39,176 nt of DNA, taken from contig CAIMFR010000008.1 in the NCBI GenBank assembly GCA_903840375.1, positions 1 through 39,176 on the forward strand. The letters are read 5' to 3'. The stretch comes from Candidatus Adlerbacteria bacterium (GTDB lineage: Bacteria; Patescibacteriota; Minisyncoccia; Phycocordibacterales; SBAW01). Position 1 is the first letter of the stretch; each line of letters begins with the position of its first letter. The translations under genes were made by a program, and so were the position numbers. Under the pieces are notes generated by a model. It was not told the origin of the DNA. It saw only the letters and a program-made list of their open reading frames with translations, and searched no databases. Shown one piece after another: positions 18,863-29,000 of the stretch.

Positions 18863-19432
18863 TTATTTCTTATCAACGCGCTCGACGTATGTGCCGAGTT
18901 CGGTGTTTATACGAACAATATCACCTTCGTTTACGAAAAGCGGAGCATTCACTGTCGCGCCGGTCTCGAGTGTGATCTGTTTCGTGCCACCTTGCGAAGT
19001 GTTTCCACGGACAGCAGGCGGAGCCTCTTTGACGAGAAGCTCCACTTTTATCGGAATGCGTATGGAGATTATTTTTTCATCAAATATGAGGGCGTCGACG
19101 ATCGTGTTCGGCTTGAGAAATTGACCGGCTGTGCCGATGAGATCTGAGCTGAGCTCGAAACGGTCTGCCGGATTTTCCTGCGAGCAGAACCAGAACTCAC
19201 CCCTGTTCGTATACAAATATTTAACACTCTTTGTTGAAAGTTCAGCCTCCTCCGCCTTTTCGGACTGATGGAATGCCTGCTCGGTCACTTTGCCGGTTAT
19301 CAAGTGGCGAAGCTTCGTCTGGTTTACAGGCTTGCGCTGTTGTTTGCGGAAGACATGTGCATCGAGTACTTCGTATGGCTGTCCGTCGAGCAAAATAACC
19401 TTTTTTGGCAAGATCTCGTTGTATTCAAGCAT
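18863..19432 (-). CDS. efp: Elongation factor P
   Basis: PPAVRGNT, TLETGATVNAPLFVNEGDIVRINT..G.YVER. Confidence 0.93.
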   Translation of the reverse strand: MLEYNEILPKKVILLDGQPYEVLDAHVFRKQQRKPVNQTKLRHLITGKVTEQAFHQSEKAEEAELSTKSVKYLYTNRGEFWFCSQENPADRFELSSDLIGTAGQFLKPNTIVDALIFDEKIISIRIPIKVELLVKEAPPAVRGNTSQGGTKQITLETGATVNAPLFVNEGDIVRINTELGTYVERVDKK

Positions 19433-19525
19433 TTGTGCATGGTAGACCAGAAACTGTGAGTTGGCAACCTTTTTACTGCGTCAGTTGTTGTAGTAAATGA
19501 ACCGCACATGGTATATTCTGTGGCT

Positions 19526-20137
19526 ATGGAAAGGGAATATTTATCGCTTGCTATCGAAGAAGTCGTGGCCGGCATGTCGGCCGAACGATCCGACGAGGAG
19601 GTTCTTGCCGCGTCGGTCATGCATCCGCACCTCTTTGCTGAGATCGTACGAAAATACGAAGCGCCATTCTTGCGCAAGGCACAGGGCATAGTCCATAGCG
19701 AGGAAGAGGCATCGGATGTGGTTCAGGAAGCATTCACCAAGATCTATCTCAACGCCGCGAAATTCAAAAAGCAGGAGGGTGCGAGTTTCTCCTCATGGGG
19801 GTATCGCATACTCATAAACACTGCGCTTACGCACTACGCAAAGCGCAAGCGAGAGGGAACATATCGCATGGATATTGAGCCGGAGATCATGGAGCTTTTG
19901 CCGGACAAGCAGCTACGCCAGTTCGAGAAGAAGGAATTGACCGATGAGATAGTCTCGGTTCTCTCACGCATGCCGGAATCGTTCGCGCGCGTGCTTACGC
20001 ATTTCTTTATCGACGGCAAGACGCAGGAGGAGATCGCGCACACGGAAGGCGTGACAGTCGGTGCCGTCAAGACTCGTGTTCATAGGGCGAAACAGGAGTT
20101 TCGTAGAATATACGAAACTATAAGCACAACTATTTAG
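19526..20137 (+). CDS. ECF RNA polymerase sigma factor
   Basis: DVVQEAFTKIY, FSSWGYRILIN (region 2); EEIA...GVTVGAVKTRVHRAK (region 4). Confidence 0.9.
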   Translation: MEREYLSLAIEEVVAGMSAERSDEEVLAASVMHPHLFAEIVRKYEAPFLRKAQGIVHSEEEASDVVQEAFTKIYLNAAKFKKQEGASFSSWGYRILINTALTHYAKRKREGTYRMDIEPEIMELLPDKQLRQFEKKELTDEIVSVLSRMPESFARVLTHFFIDGKTQEEIAHTEGVTVGAVKTRVHRAKQEFRRIYETISTTI

Positions 20138-20152
20138 TTATCAATTGAAAGT

Positions 20153-20485
20153 ATGAGCAAGATAGAACAAAAAGTGATGGCGAGTGTGGTGGTTATTTAC
20201 GCGGTGCGCCGCGCTACCAGTCCTTTCATGTTGAAAATGTATACACTGGTGCTGTCTGTGGTTGGCATCGCGGCGTTCGTATCGCTTTCGCACGTGACGA
20301 GTAATTTCATGTCCGCGATGCAGGGAGGGCTCCCAAGTATTGCGACATTTACCGCTACAGCACTGCTTCAAACTAAGTTTGTAGTGCAGCTTGCGTTGGT
20401 TGTCGGCGCGGCGGCCGTCGCTTCTCTTTCTATAGATGTATTGCGAATGCAAAATAGACAACCAATGCCTTTTGTTGTCGGGTAG
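20153..20485 (+). CDS. Small membrane protein, candidate anti-sigma factor
   Basis: Directly downstream of the ECF sigma gene; two hydrophobic segments. Confidence 0.6.
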   Translation: MSKIEQKVMASVVVIYAVRRATSPFMLKMYTLVLSVVGIAAFVSLSHVTSNFMSAMQGGLPSIATFTATALLQTKFVVQLALVVGAAAVASLSIDVLRMQNRQPMPFVVG

Positions 20486-20647
20486 TGCGCGGGTGTAACA
20501 AACAGGAATGGAGTATCGTGAGATGGGACTTCCTACATTTGGTCTGTGCGACCGAGATTTTGAAGGAGATAAACTTTTTAGTGCATAGGTGGTTTATGCG
20601 TTTTATGGTAGGTTGGTTCGCAGATCGTGTTATTGGAGGAGATTTAA

Positions 20648-20890
20648 ATGGCTCGTAAAAAGGTGATCAATCGTACCTGTCGCGGTGGGGCGCTATATCT
20701 GGCAGATCTGCCGCCTGCGACGACGGTGGCAGAAGTGATCAAGATGATGACCGAGAAGGGGTTTACGGTGGCGATTCTGCCGCCAGACTTGCAACCCGAT
20801 GCGCTTGAGGAATTGGATGACCCTCCGGCAGGAGTTGTCGGCGAGGAGGAGCAGAAGGTTGAGTTTATAGATCCGGGTGATGTGGGCTAA
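20648..20890 (+). CDS. Small orphan protein (80 aa, acidic C-terminus)
   Basis: Strong SD GGAGGAG; followed by a terminator. Confidence 0.6.
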   Translation: MARKKVINRTCRGGALYLADLPPATTVAEVIKMMTEKGFTVAILPPDLQPDALEELDDPPAGVVGEEEQKVEFIDPGDVG

Positions 20891-20897
20891 ATTTTCG

Positions 20898-20933
20898 AAA
20901 AGGCTGACAAGTTTTTACTTGCCGGCCTTTTTT
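20898..20933. terminator. Bidirectional terminator between orphan ORF and recA
   Basis: AAAAGGCTGACAAGT/ACTTGCCGGCCTTTT hairpin between convergent genes. Confidence 0.7.
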
Positions 20934-20952
20934 CTTTCTTATTCGTTTTTAT

Positions 20953-22041
20953 TTAGTCCGCATCTGCTTCGCTGCTTCCGCCTCCGGCTTTTCCTGTGGT
21001 GTTTTCCAGCAATCCTTTTTTAATCTCGCTGAGGAGTTTTGTTGCAACAGGTTTATTTTCTCGCAGGTAGGTGCGTGATGCGTCATAGCCGCGGCCTAGT
21101 TTTTCCTCGCCGTATGAATATGAGCTGCCACTTTTCTTCACTAGCCCCATGCCTTCGCCGAGCGCGAGCAGTTCACCCTCGCGCGAGATTCCTTCATTGT
21201 AGAGGAGATCGAATTCGACTTTGCGGAACGGTGCGGCGATTTTATTCTTCACAACTTTGATTCGATGCCGCCCGCCTACGACTTCTTCTCCTTTTTTTAT
21301 CTGAGCAATTCGGCGTATGTCGAGGCGCACCGATGTGTAAAATTTGAGCGCTTTGCCTCCCGGCGTGGTCTCCGGGTTGCCGAACATCATGCCTATTTGC
21401 ATGCGGATCTGGTTAATGAAAATGACGATAGTTTTGGACTTGGCGGTGATAGCGGTCAGTTTGCGAAGTGCCTGCGACATGAGGCGTGCCTGTTTGCCGA
21501 CGTGCATTGCGCCCATGTCTCCCTCGATCTCGTCCCTTGGCGTGAGAGCGGCAACAGAATCGATGACGATGATGTCGATCTTGCCGGAACGCACGAGTGA
21601 CTCGACTATCTCGAGCGCCTGCTCACCGGTGTCCGGCTGCGAGATGAGTAATTCGTCGAGTTTGACGCCGATCTTCCTGGCATACTCCGGGTCGAGCGCG
21701 TGTTCCGCGTCGATAAATGCGCAGATACCGCCTTTTTTCTGAGCTTCAGCGATTGCGTGGAGCGAAAGTGTGGTCTTGCCGGATGATTCCGGTCCAAAGA
21801 TCTCGAGAATGCGTCCGCGGGGGTAGCCGCCGATGCCGAGTGCCCAGTCGAGCCCGATTGAGCCGGAGGGAATAGCATCGATGTCGACTCGCGGCGCATC
21901 GCCGAGCTTCATGATAGATTCATCGCCGAATTTTGTTTTTATTTCGCGAATAGCCGCGTCGATGGCACTCATATCGCGTACGCCGGATTGTCCGCTAACC
22001 ACTTTTTCTTTAGCAACTTTCACCTTAGTTTCTTTTATCAT
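20953..22041 (-). CDS. recA: Recombinase RecA
   Basis: [56 protein letters not shown]. Confidence 0.99.
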   Translation of the reverse strand: MIKETKVKVAKEKVVSGQSGVRDMSAIDAAIREIKTKFGDESIMKLGDAPRVDIDAIPSGSIGLDWALGIGGYPRGRILEIFGPESSGKTTLSLHAIAEAQKKGGICAFIDAEHALDPEYARKIGVKLDELLISQPDTGEQALEIVESLVRSGKIDIIVIDSVAALTPRDEIEGDMGAMHVGKQARLMSQALRKLTAITAKSKTIVIFINQIRMQIGMMFGNPETTPGGKALKFYTSVRLDIRRIAQIKKGEEVVGGRHRIKVVKNKIAAPFRKVEFDLLYNEGISREGELLALGEGMGLVKKSGSSYSYGEEKLGRGYDASRTYLRENKPVATKLLSEIKKGLLENTTGKAGGGSSEADAD

Positions 22042-22108
22042 GGCGAAAGTATATCAGCTTTTATATGGATGCAAACCTAGACAGGTATCCTTTCTGCGTG
22101 CAGAAACC

Positions 22109-22471
22109 TTAGTTGTGATTTTGATCCAAAACAGTAATTGAAACCGACTTAGATGCGCGTCTTCCGAATCGGTCGGCGGCCGCTACGGTGAGAGTCGTGT
22201 ATCCAGGCGGCGGGGAAAGGGTGAGGGAAAAATTGCCGGCTTGGTCGGTGAATGCAGGCGCATCGTCTATTGTGAGGAATGAAATATTTTTTGCCGTGCC
22301 GATGATTGTGACTGTCGTTGACGCTATGGCGCTGCCGTCGATTGGCGAAGTGATGACGATCTCCGGCCCTTCGAGCAGTTTGCGCGCTTCAAATGAGCCG
22401 TAGCCGAGTACGACAAGGAGCAGAATGACGACAATTATGATCTTTTTAGAACTCCGTTGCTGTTTCATCAT
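22109..22471 (-). CDS. Membrane-anchored single Ig-like domain protein
   Basis: N-terminal TM, then GPEIVITSP.DG...IIGTA...L.PG...LTVAA.DRFG; overlaps the ftsK 3' end. Confidence 0.7.
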   Translation of the reverse strand: MMKQQRSSKKIIIVVILLLVVLGYGSFEARKLLEGPEIVITSPIDGSAIASTTVTIIGTAKNISFLTIDDAPAFTDQAGNFSLTLSPPPGYTTLTVAAADRFGRRASKSVSITVLDQNHN

Positions 22472-24710
22472 CAGTGTCAGACGGTTTCATCGGCGTTTCA
22501 GAGTCTCTTTCCAATATATCGCGAGGTTTCGCACCGTCAGCAGGGCCAATGACTCCGCGTTCTTCAAGGATATCGATGATACGTGCTGCGCGCGAGTAGC
22601 CGATGCGTAGTTTTCGCTGGAGGTATGATGTCGACGCCTTTCCTGCGCTGATGACCGCTTCTCGCGCCGCTTTGTACATGTCATCATCGACGTCTCCATC
22701 GAGTCCGCCGCCATTACTGTCATCGTCTAACGAAATGCTGGTGACACCGGGGGCCGGCGCGCCAATGTCCACAGGAAGTTCGGCTTCGTTATTTTTCACG
22801 ATGAAGTCGGTGACCTTCTTAACCTCCGCCTCGCCGATGAACGCGCTCTGCAGGCGGATAGGCTTGCTCATATCACCGCCGAGGTAGAGCATGTCGCCCG
22901 CACCGAGCAGTTTTTCCGCGCCGCCCTGGTCAAGGATGGTGCGCGAATCTATCTGCGACGCCACCTGCAACGCGAGACGTGCAGGAATGTTCGCCTTGAT
23001 GAGGCCGGTAATGACGTTTACGCTCGGGCGCTGGGTGGACAATATGAGGTGTATGCCGACAGCGCGGCTCATCTGTGCCAGGCGTACGACGGCTGCTTCG
23101 AGTTCGCGCGGGTACGTCTGCATGATGTCGGCCAGCTCGTCGATGATTATTATAATGTACGGCATCCCCTCAGGCACCGGTTCGCCCTCTTCAGGTTCGC
23201 CGCCTTTGCGCAATTTTTCCAATGCCGGCGTCAAGATGTTCTGATGATAGGACTCAATGTCGCGCACATGGTTCTCCTCAAGGACAGTGTATCGGCGCTC
23301 CATTTCGCGGCCTGCCCAGCGCAACGCCATGATAGCGCGCTTCGGGTCGGTGATAACAGGCGAGAGGAGGTGCGGCAGACGGTTGTAGAGGGTGAGTTCG
23401 ACGCGTTTCGGGTCGATCATCAGGAAGCGGAGCTGTTGCGGCCCACAACGATAGAGTAGGGAATTGATGATGGTGTGGATGGTGACGGATTTACCTGAAC
23501 CAGTCGCGCCGGCGATGAGGAGGTGTGGCATCTTTGCAACATTGCCGAAATGCGACCCTCCGACAATATCTCGGCCGATAGCCATGAGAAGCGGTTTCGG
23601 CGAACTTGCAAACTCCGGCACTTGCAGCAATGTGCCGAGGCCGACCGTTACCTTTGCGGAATTCGGCACTTCTATTCCGACAAGCGACTTGCCCGGAATG
23701 GGTGCTTCGATGCGCACAGGGTGTGCGGCAAGCGCGAGTTCGAGGTTTGTCTGTAGCGATACTATTTTTTGTAGTCTGACGCCCTCAGCCGGTTTGATGG
23801 CATATCGGGTAACCGACGGTCCGATGGATATCTCGTCGAGTTCTACAACGATGCCGAAGTTTGCCAGCGTACGTTTTATGATGTTCGCATTCGCTTTTAT
23901 GTCGCCGACACCCGGGCGACCTTTATCATGTTCGAGCAATGAAAGTGGTGGAGGAACGTATTGCCCCAGGAGACTCTTCAATTTTGCGGCGGCATTTTGC
24001 GCTTTTATATTGCGATTAGACTCGGCGCGATCTTCAGATGCGGACTGGCGCGCAAGGGCTATATCTTCATCGCACTCGCTATCATCGTCTTGTGTGTCCT
24101 CGCCTGTGGTGTCTTCACCTGCTTGTACTTCGGCTTCTGCGGGCAGCTCGCCCGTAACCCTCGTGCCGGTGATCATTCTTGCAACAGAGCGCGATCCTGC
24201 CCCGATAGCTCGGCCGATAGATGCAAATACCTCAAGAGGAATCCGCCCCTCAAGGAGTATTAAAAGGGAGATGAGCGAAAGTCCGCCAAGAATAATAAGC
24301 GCGGCGTATATATCGAAGAAATGTACTATCGGGTGCGATATAAGTCCCCCGATATATCCACCGCCTTTCGCGACGATGTCTACGAATCCAAGTCCTGCAA
24401 TTATAAAAATAATGCTCGAAATTATCTTAATAGGAGCTGTGCCCGGCACTTCTTTTTCATGCAGTGTGTTCCAAGCAAGGATCAAAAAGAGGATTGGAAG
24501 CAGGAAGTATCCGATGCCGAGCAGGTAGGCGAACAAATGGTATGCATCAGTGCCTGCGACGCCGGCCGCACCGAATGCGGCAAGTATCAGGAATATCCCG
24601 ACGATACACAGAACGATCCCGACGATCGCGCGCTTGGTAGCGTCGGGCAAACCGCCCGTCGTGCTGCGAACTATCTTTTCGCTCAGTGTTTCTTCTTTTT
24701 TCCGTGCCAT
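22446..24710 (-). CDS. ftsK: DNA translocase FtsK
   Basis: N-terminal TMs, RIEAPIPGKSLVGIEVPN, PHLLIAGATGSGKS, IDELAD, TQRPSV, gamma domain SYLQRKLRIGYSRAARI. Confidence 0.97.
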   Translation of the reverse strand: MARKKEETLSEKIVRSTTGGLPDATKRAIVGIVLCIVGIFLILAAFGAAGVAGTDAYHLFAYLLGIGYFLLPILFLILAWNTLHEKEVPGTAPIKIISSIIFIIAGLGFVDIVAKGGGYIGGLISHPIVHFFDIYAALIILGGLSLISLLILLEGRIPLEVFASIGRAIGAGSRSVARMITGTRVTGELPAEAEVQAGEDTTGEDTQDDDSECDEDIALARQSASEDRAESNRNIKAQNAAAKLKSLLGQYVPPPLSLLEHDKGRPGVGDIKANANIIKRTLANFGIVVELDEISIGPSVTRYAIKPAEGVRLQKIVSLQTNLELALAAHPVRIEAPIPGKSLVGIEVPNSAKVTVGLGTLLQVPEFASSPKPLLMAIGRDIVGGSHFGNVAKMPHLLIAGATGSGKSVTIHTIINSLLYRCGPQQLRFLMIDPKRVELTLYNRLPHLLSPVITDPKRAIMALRWAGREMERRYTVLEENHVRDIESYHQNILTPALEKLRKGGEPEEGEPVPEGMPYIIIIIDELADIMQTYPRELEAAVVRLAQMSRAVGIHLILSTQRPSVNVITGLIKANIPARLALQVASQIDSRTILDQGGAEKLLGAGDMLYLGGDMSKPIRLQSAFIGEAEVKKVTDFIVKNNEAELPVDIGAPAPGVTSISLDDDSNGGGLDGDVDDDMYKAAREAVISAGKASTSYLQRKLRIGYSRAARIIDILEERGVIGPADGAKPRDILERDSETPMKPSDTDDETATEF

Positions 24711-24838
24711 GTCTGTATATTCTATCACTAATCAGAATATTTTTTGCGTTTGGAGTATTACCCTATTACATTGTCTGTGATCACAACGCTCGGAAATCAA
24801 AAAATAATTTTGTTTCCTCACTGCGCTAGTCTATACTG

Positions 24839-25640
24839 AAGGACACAGGTCTTTTAGATGTCCTACAAAAGTAATGGACTCTATAAAGGACATGTGAAAG
24901 ACACACCATGTCCGATACACCATCACCATTTCATAAAACAGCGGTGTCATCAGTACTTTTTAAAGGACGAAAGGATTGGTATTTCTGTTACCTCAAGGCG
25001 GAACGCATCGCTCATGTGTTCTCGGTGTTGGCGCAGCGTGTGCACGACGCCGCTGCGGATGATGTCCGAGAGCTTGCACTTTCCTCTGCCGGCATACCCC
25101 GAGCGGTCGCGTACTTTGCTGCAGGGAATATTGATGCGGCGGAGGTGCTTGCAGATCTGTTCGCGCTACTTTCCGCAATTCGCCTCGCGGGAACCAACTG
25201 CAGTATCAGTAAAGAAAACACGTCACTGCTCGTTCATGAGTGCGAGGCTCTCGCGGAAAAGTTTTCATCGAGCGTGCATATTTCGCCATTCGTAACAACT
25301 GAAGATTTCTCGGTGGCCGAGGTTGCCACACGCACAGAGCCGCAGCCGCTTCTGTCCTCGCACTTCCACGGGTTGGGGTTGGTAACGGACCCCAACTGGC
25401 AGGTAAGGGACTCTAAAGGACAGGGTCAAAGACAGCTTAAAACAGACAAAAAGACAGCAAGTTCTTCAGGTCGGTCAGATGATGAATACACGGACAGGGC
25501 AATGAAGATTCTTGAGTGTGTTAAGAAAAGCAACGGTTTGTCCATAAAGGACATATCTGCGGTTGTCCACGAATGTGGCGAAAAGACAATACAGAGGGAA
25601 TTAGCTGTCCTTTTGCAGAAGGGACTCATCAAAAAGACGG
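24839..25640. repeat. Dispersed (A/G)GACA / TGTC(C/T) motif cluster
   Basis: Examples: AAGGACA 24839, TGTCCT 24859, AAAGGACA 24885, 25415 and 25546, AAAGACA 24897 and 25428, AAAAGACA 25449 and 25581, TGTCCTTT 25606. Confidence 0.7.
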
Positions 25641-25675
25641 GTGAGCGGCGTTGGAGCATCTACTTGCCCGCTTAG
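24908..25675 (+). CDS. Hypothetical protein with C-terminal DeoR-like winged HTH
   Basis: C-terminal ILECVKK..GLSIKDIS......EKTIQRELAVLLQKGLIKKTGERRWSIY; helical N-terminal domain. Confidence 0.8.
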   Translation: MSDTPSPFHKTAVSSVLFKGRKDWYFCYLKAERIAHVFSVLAQRVHDAAADDVRELALSSAGIPRAVAYFAAGNIDAAEVLADLFALLSAIRLAGTNCSISKENTSLLVHECEALAEKFSSSVHISPFVTTEDFSVAEVATRTEPQPLLSSHFHGLGLVTDPNWQVRDSKGQGQRQLKTDKKTASSSGRSDDEYTDRAMKILECVKKSNGLSIKDISAVVHECGEKTIQRELAVLLQKGLIKKTGERRWSIYLPA

Positions 25676-26005
25676 TGTATATCGTGTACTCTTTACCGCA
25701 GTGTCCGGCCATACGCTGGATATCCACAAGGCGTTATTTAAGGGCGTTTACTTAGCGTATACTTGTCGCTAAGCGTCCATATTGTAGGCGCTTGCTCGTT
25801 GACAACAACATACTTCTGAAACTCCTTGTCCAGTGATGGAAGTTACGGCTGAAATTCCTCATCTCCTTCTTGCTACCAAACGTGCCACTAAGTGTGCTCG
25901 TTCCTTTAATAGGAACGGGTGCGTATGAGTGGTACAGGGTAGAATGTGTCGTTCGATTAACAAGTAGATTACTAGCATTACTAGTTGTTCGATTTAGTTT
26001 AAATT

Positions 26006-29000
26006 ATGAATATTACCCACAGCTATTCTCGACTCATCGCAGTCACAGCTGGTGTCGCCCTTGCTTTCGCGCTTTCGCTCGGAGCAACGATGCCGGTACG
26101 TGCAGCAGCATTGAGCCAGACGCAGATCCAGTCGATCTTGTCGTTGCTCTCATCGTTCGGTGCAGACCAGGCGACGATCAACAACGTCTCCGCGTCTCTC
26201 AATGGCCAGCCGACCACCGTTACCACCACAATTGGTACGACGGGCACTGGTTCTTACACGTGGTCTACCAACCTCACAGTTGGTTCAAAGGGTGCGGATG
26301 TCTTAGCACTTCAGAAGTTCTTGAACAAGGATTCAGGAACGATGGTTGCTTCCACAGGCGCCGGCTCTCCTGGTATGGAGACTTCTACCTTCGGTCCAGC
26401 GACCAAGGCGGCAGTTATGAAATTCCAGACGAAATACGGCCTTTCACCTGTAGCCGGTTATGTCGGTGCATTGACCCGTGCAAAGCTTAATTCGCTTTAC
26501 ACGACTACAACCACCACAACCAACACGACAACTACAACCACCACAACCAACACTGCTCCGGCAGGCACCGGTCTTACGGTGAACCCGGCAGCACAGCCAG
26601 CCAATGGTCTTCTTCCGTACAGCGCATCTCGCATTTCGTTCACCAACTTCACGGTGACGGCAGGCACTGATGGCGATGTTGTCCTCAACAGCGTCACCGT
26701 GCAGCGAACAGGCTCTGCTATGGACGTCGCCTTCTCCGGTGTGGAGCTTATTGACATGACGACCGGCCTCCAGGTAGGCATCTCGCACGTGTTGAACAGC
26801 AACCACCAGGCGATCATCGGCCAGCCGGTAACTATCGCTCGCGGCACGTCGCGCACCTTCACTGTTGCTGCAAACCGCGCAACACAGGGTAACCACGGCG
26901 GTGAAATCGCTTCGTTCTCAGTCGTTGCCCTCAACACGTCAGCAACCGTAACCGGTTCGCTCCCGATTGTTGGCGCAATGCACACGGTGAACGAAACGCT
27001 CACGATAGGCTCGGTCTCAACCACGACTTCTTCGTTTGACCCGGGTTCAAACCAGACCAAGAACATCGGCGATACGAATGTCCGCTTCTCAGGCATCCGC
27101 TTCACTGCAGGTTCTGGCGAGGATCTCAAACTCCAGTCGATCAGTTGGCGTCAGACAGGCTCTGTCAGCTCGGCTGACCTTGCCAATGTCGTTACCAACA
27201 TCAACGGCGTCACTTACCCGACGACAGTTGACTCGACAGGAAAATACTTCACCACAGTTGTCCCGGCTGGCATCTTGATCGCCAAGGGTAACTCTGTTGA
27301 TGCATACATCCAGGGTGATATCATCGGTTCCAACGCAGCATCCCGCACTGCTATATTCACTGTCGACAAAGTCACCGATGTGTACTTCGTTGGTCAGTTG
27401 TATGGCTACGGCGTTGCTCCGTCCGGCACATACACTCCTTGGTTCAGTGGTTACACAACCACCATCCAGGCTGGTACGGTGTCCACGATCGGCAAGGCAA
27501 CAGAGGTTCCGGCGCAGAACATTGCGATCAACCTCTCGAACCAGCCGCTCGGTGGCTTCGTGACTAACTTCGTTGGTGAGCCGGTATCAGTTTCCGGTCA
27601 GATCTTCTACTTCGACTACAGCACTGGTGCTGCTTCAATCAGCCTCCTCACCAACGTTTCTATCGTTGACGAGAATGGTGCGGTTGTTGCAGGTCCGCAG
27701 AACGGTGTTGCAGTCTCCGGTACAGAGCAGTCCGTTACTTTCTCTGACTCCGTCACATTCCCGGTCGGCCGCCATGTCTACACTATCAAGGGAACCATTC
27801 CTTCGACGGTGGCGAACAACGTGACGATCGCGGCTTCCACCACGCCTTCAGCATGGACAAGCCCGACTGGCCAGACCTCGGGTAACACCGTTTCGGTTGG
27901 CGTAGCTAACTTCACGATGAACACCATGACGATCAAGGCGGCAGCGCTTTCCGTCACGCTCTCATCAACGCCAGCTTCGCAGAACATGGTCGCGGGCGGT
28001 CAGGGTATGACCTTCGCCAACGTGCAGCTTGATGCTTCACAGTCCGGCGAGGATGTCCGCCTCAATTCGATCCCGATGACATTGACTGTCGGCGGCACCA
28101 CAGGTGCGGTCGCAAGCTTGTCATCCTGTGCTCTCTACGATGCGACTGGCAAACAGTTGAACACTGGCAGCAATGTTCCGTCATCGCTTGCAGCAAGCGC
28201 CTCGTCCAACACCTTCACGCTTGATAATTCTCTTATCATCCCGAAGGGAACTGTCACAAACCTTACATTCAAGTGTAATGTTTCCTCGGCTGCAACAGGC
28301 ACCTATGTCTGGAGCGTCCTCGCCTCAGGCTTCACTGCTACAGGTATGACATCAGGTCAGTCTGTCACGGTTGCTTCAACCGCAGGATCTTCCGGCACAA
28401 TGACTGTCGCTTCCGCGACGCTCGCAGTTACACTCGATCCGTCCAGCCCTGCGTACACAATCGCAGCAGCAGGCTCAACAGGTGTAACGCTCGGTGTGTA
28501 CAAGTTTCACGCTACGAATGATGCAATCAATCTTACCAAGATTGGACTCAATCTGGGTGCGTTGAACACAGCATCCTTCGCGTCTTCTACGGCAGCTGAC
28601 TTGACGCAGGTTTCCCTCTGGGCAAACAATGTCCAGATCGGTACTGCAACGTTCACTGGTGCAAACCGCAGTGCAACATCGACTCTTACGTCGGTTGTCA
28701 CGGTTCCGAAAGACGGCGATCTTGTTATCACCGTCAAGGGTAACCTTGCAACACAAGGTGTATCGCAGCCTAGCCACCCAGGCGCTTACTTGGCTGTCAA
28801 CATTGATATCAATGGTGCGACCGGCAGCAAGAACACACAGGGTACTGGTGTTGGTTCTGGTATAGAAGTTGACGGTTCCGGCTCTACAGCAGTTGCAGGA
28901 GTTCGTGTCTTCAACACGTTCCCGACGATTGCAGTTCTCGCACCGTCGACAACCGCTCTTATTGCTCAGACTGGTCAGCAGCTCTTCGGATTCACCATCA

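Noticed and set aside
20500..20570. Hairpin-rich intergenic segment as riboswitch or ncRNA
   Set aside because: No recognisable family consensus; pairing is weak
23464..24528. 354 aa ORF on + strand, and the many other antisense/overlapping ORFs in the track
   Set aside because: Shadow ORFs opposite or within well-supported genes such as ftsK; no recognisable motifs
25870..26490. 206 aa ORF overlapping the S-layer-like gene start
   Set aside because: Out-of-frame overlap with a clearly better gene; implausible composition
26501..26554. ACN-rich tandem repeat
   Set aside because: Simply encodes a poly-Thr linker; not a CRISPR or DNA-level repeat
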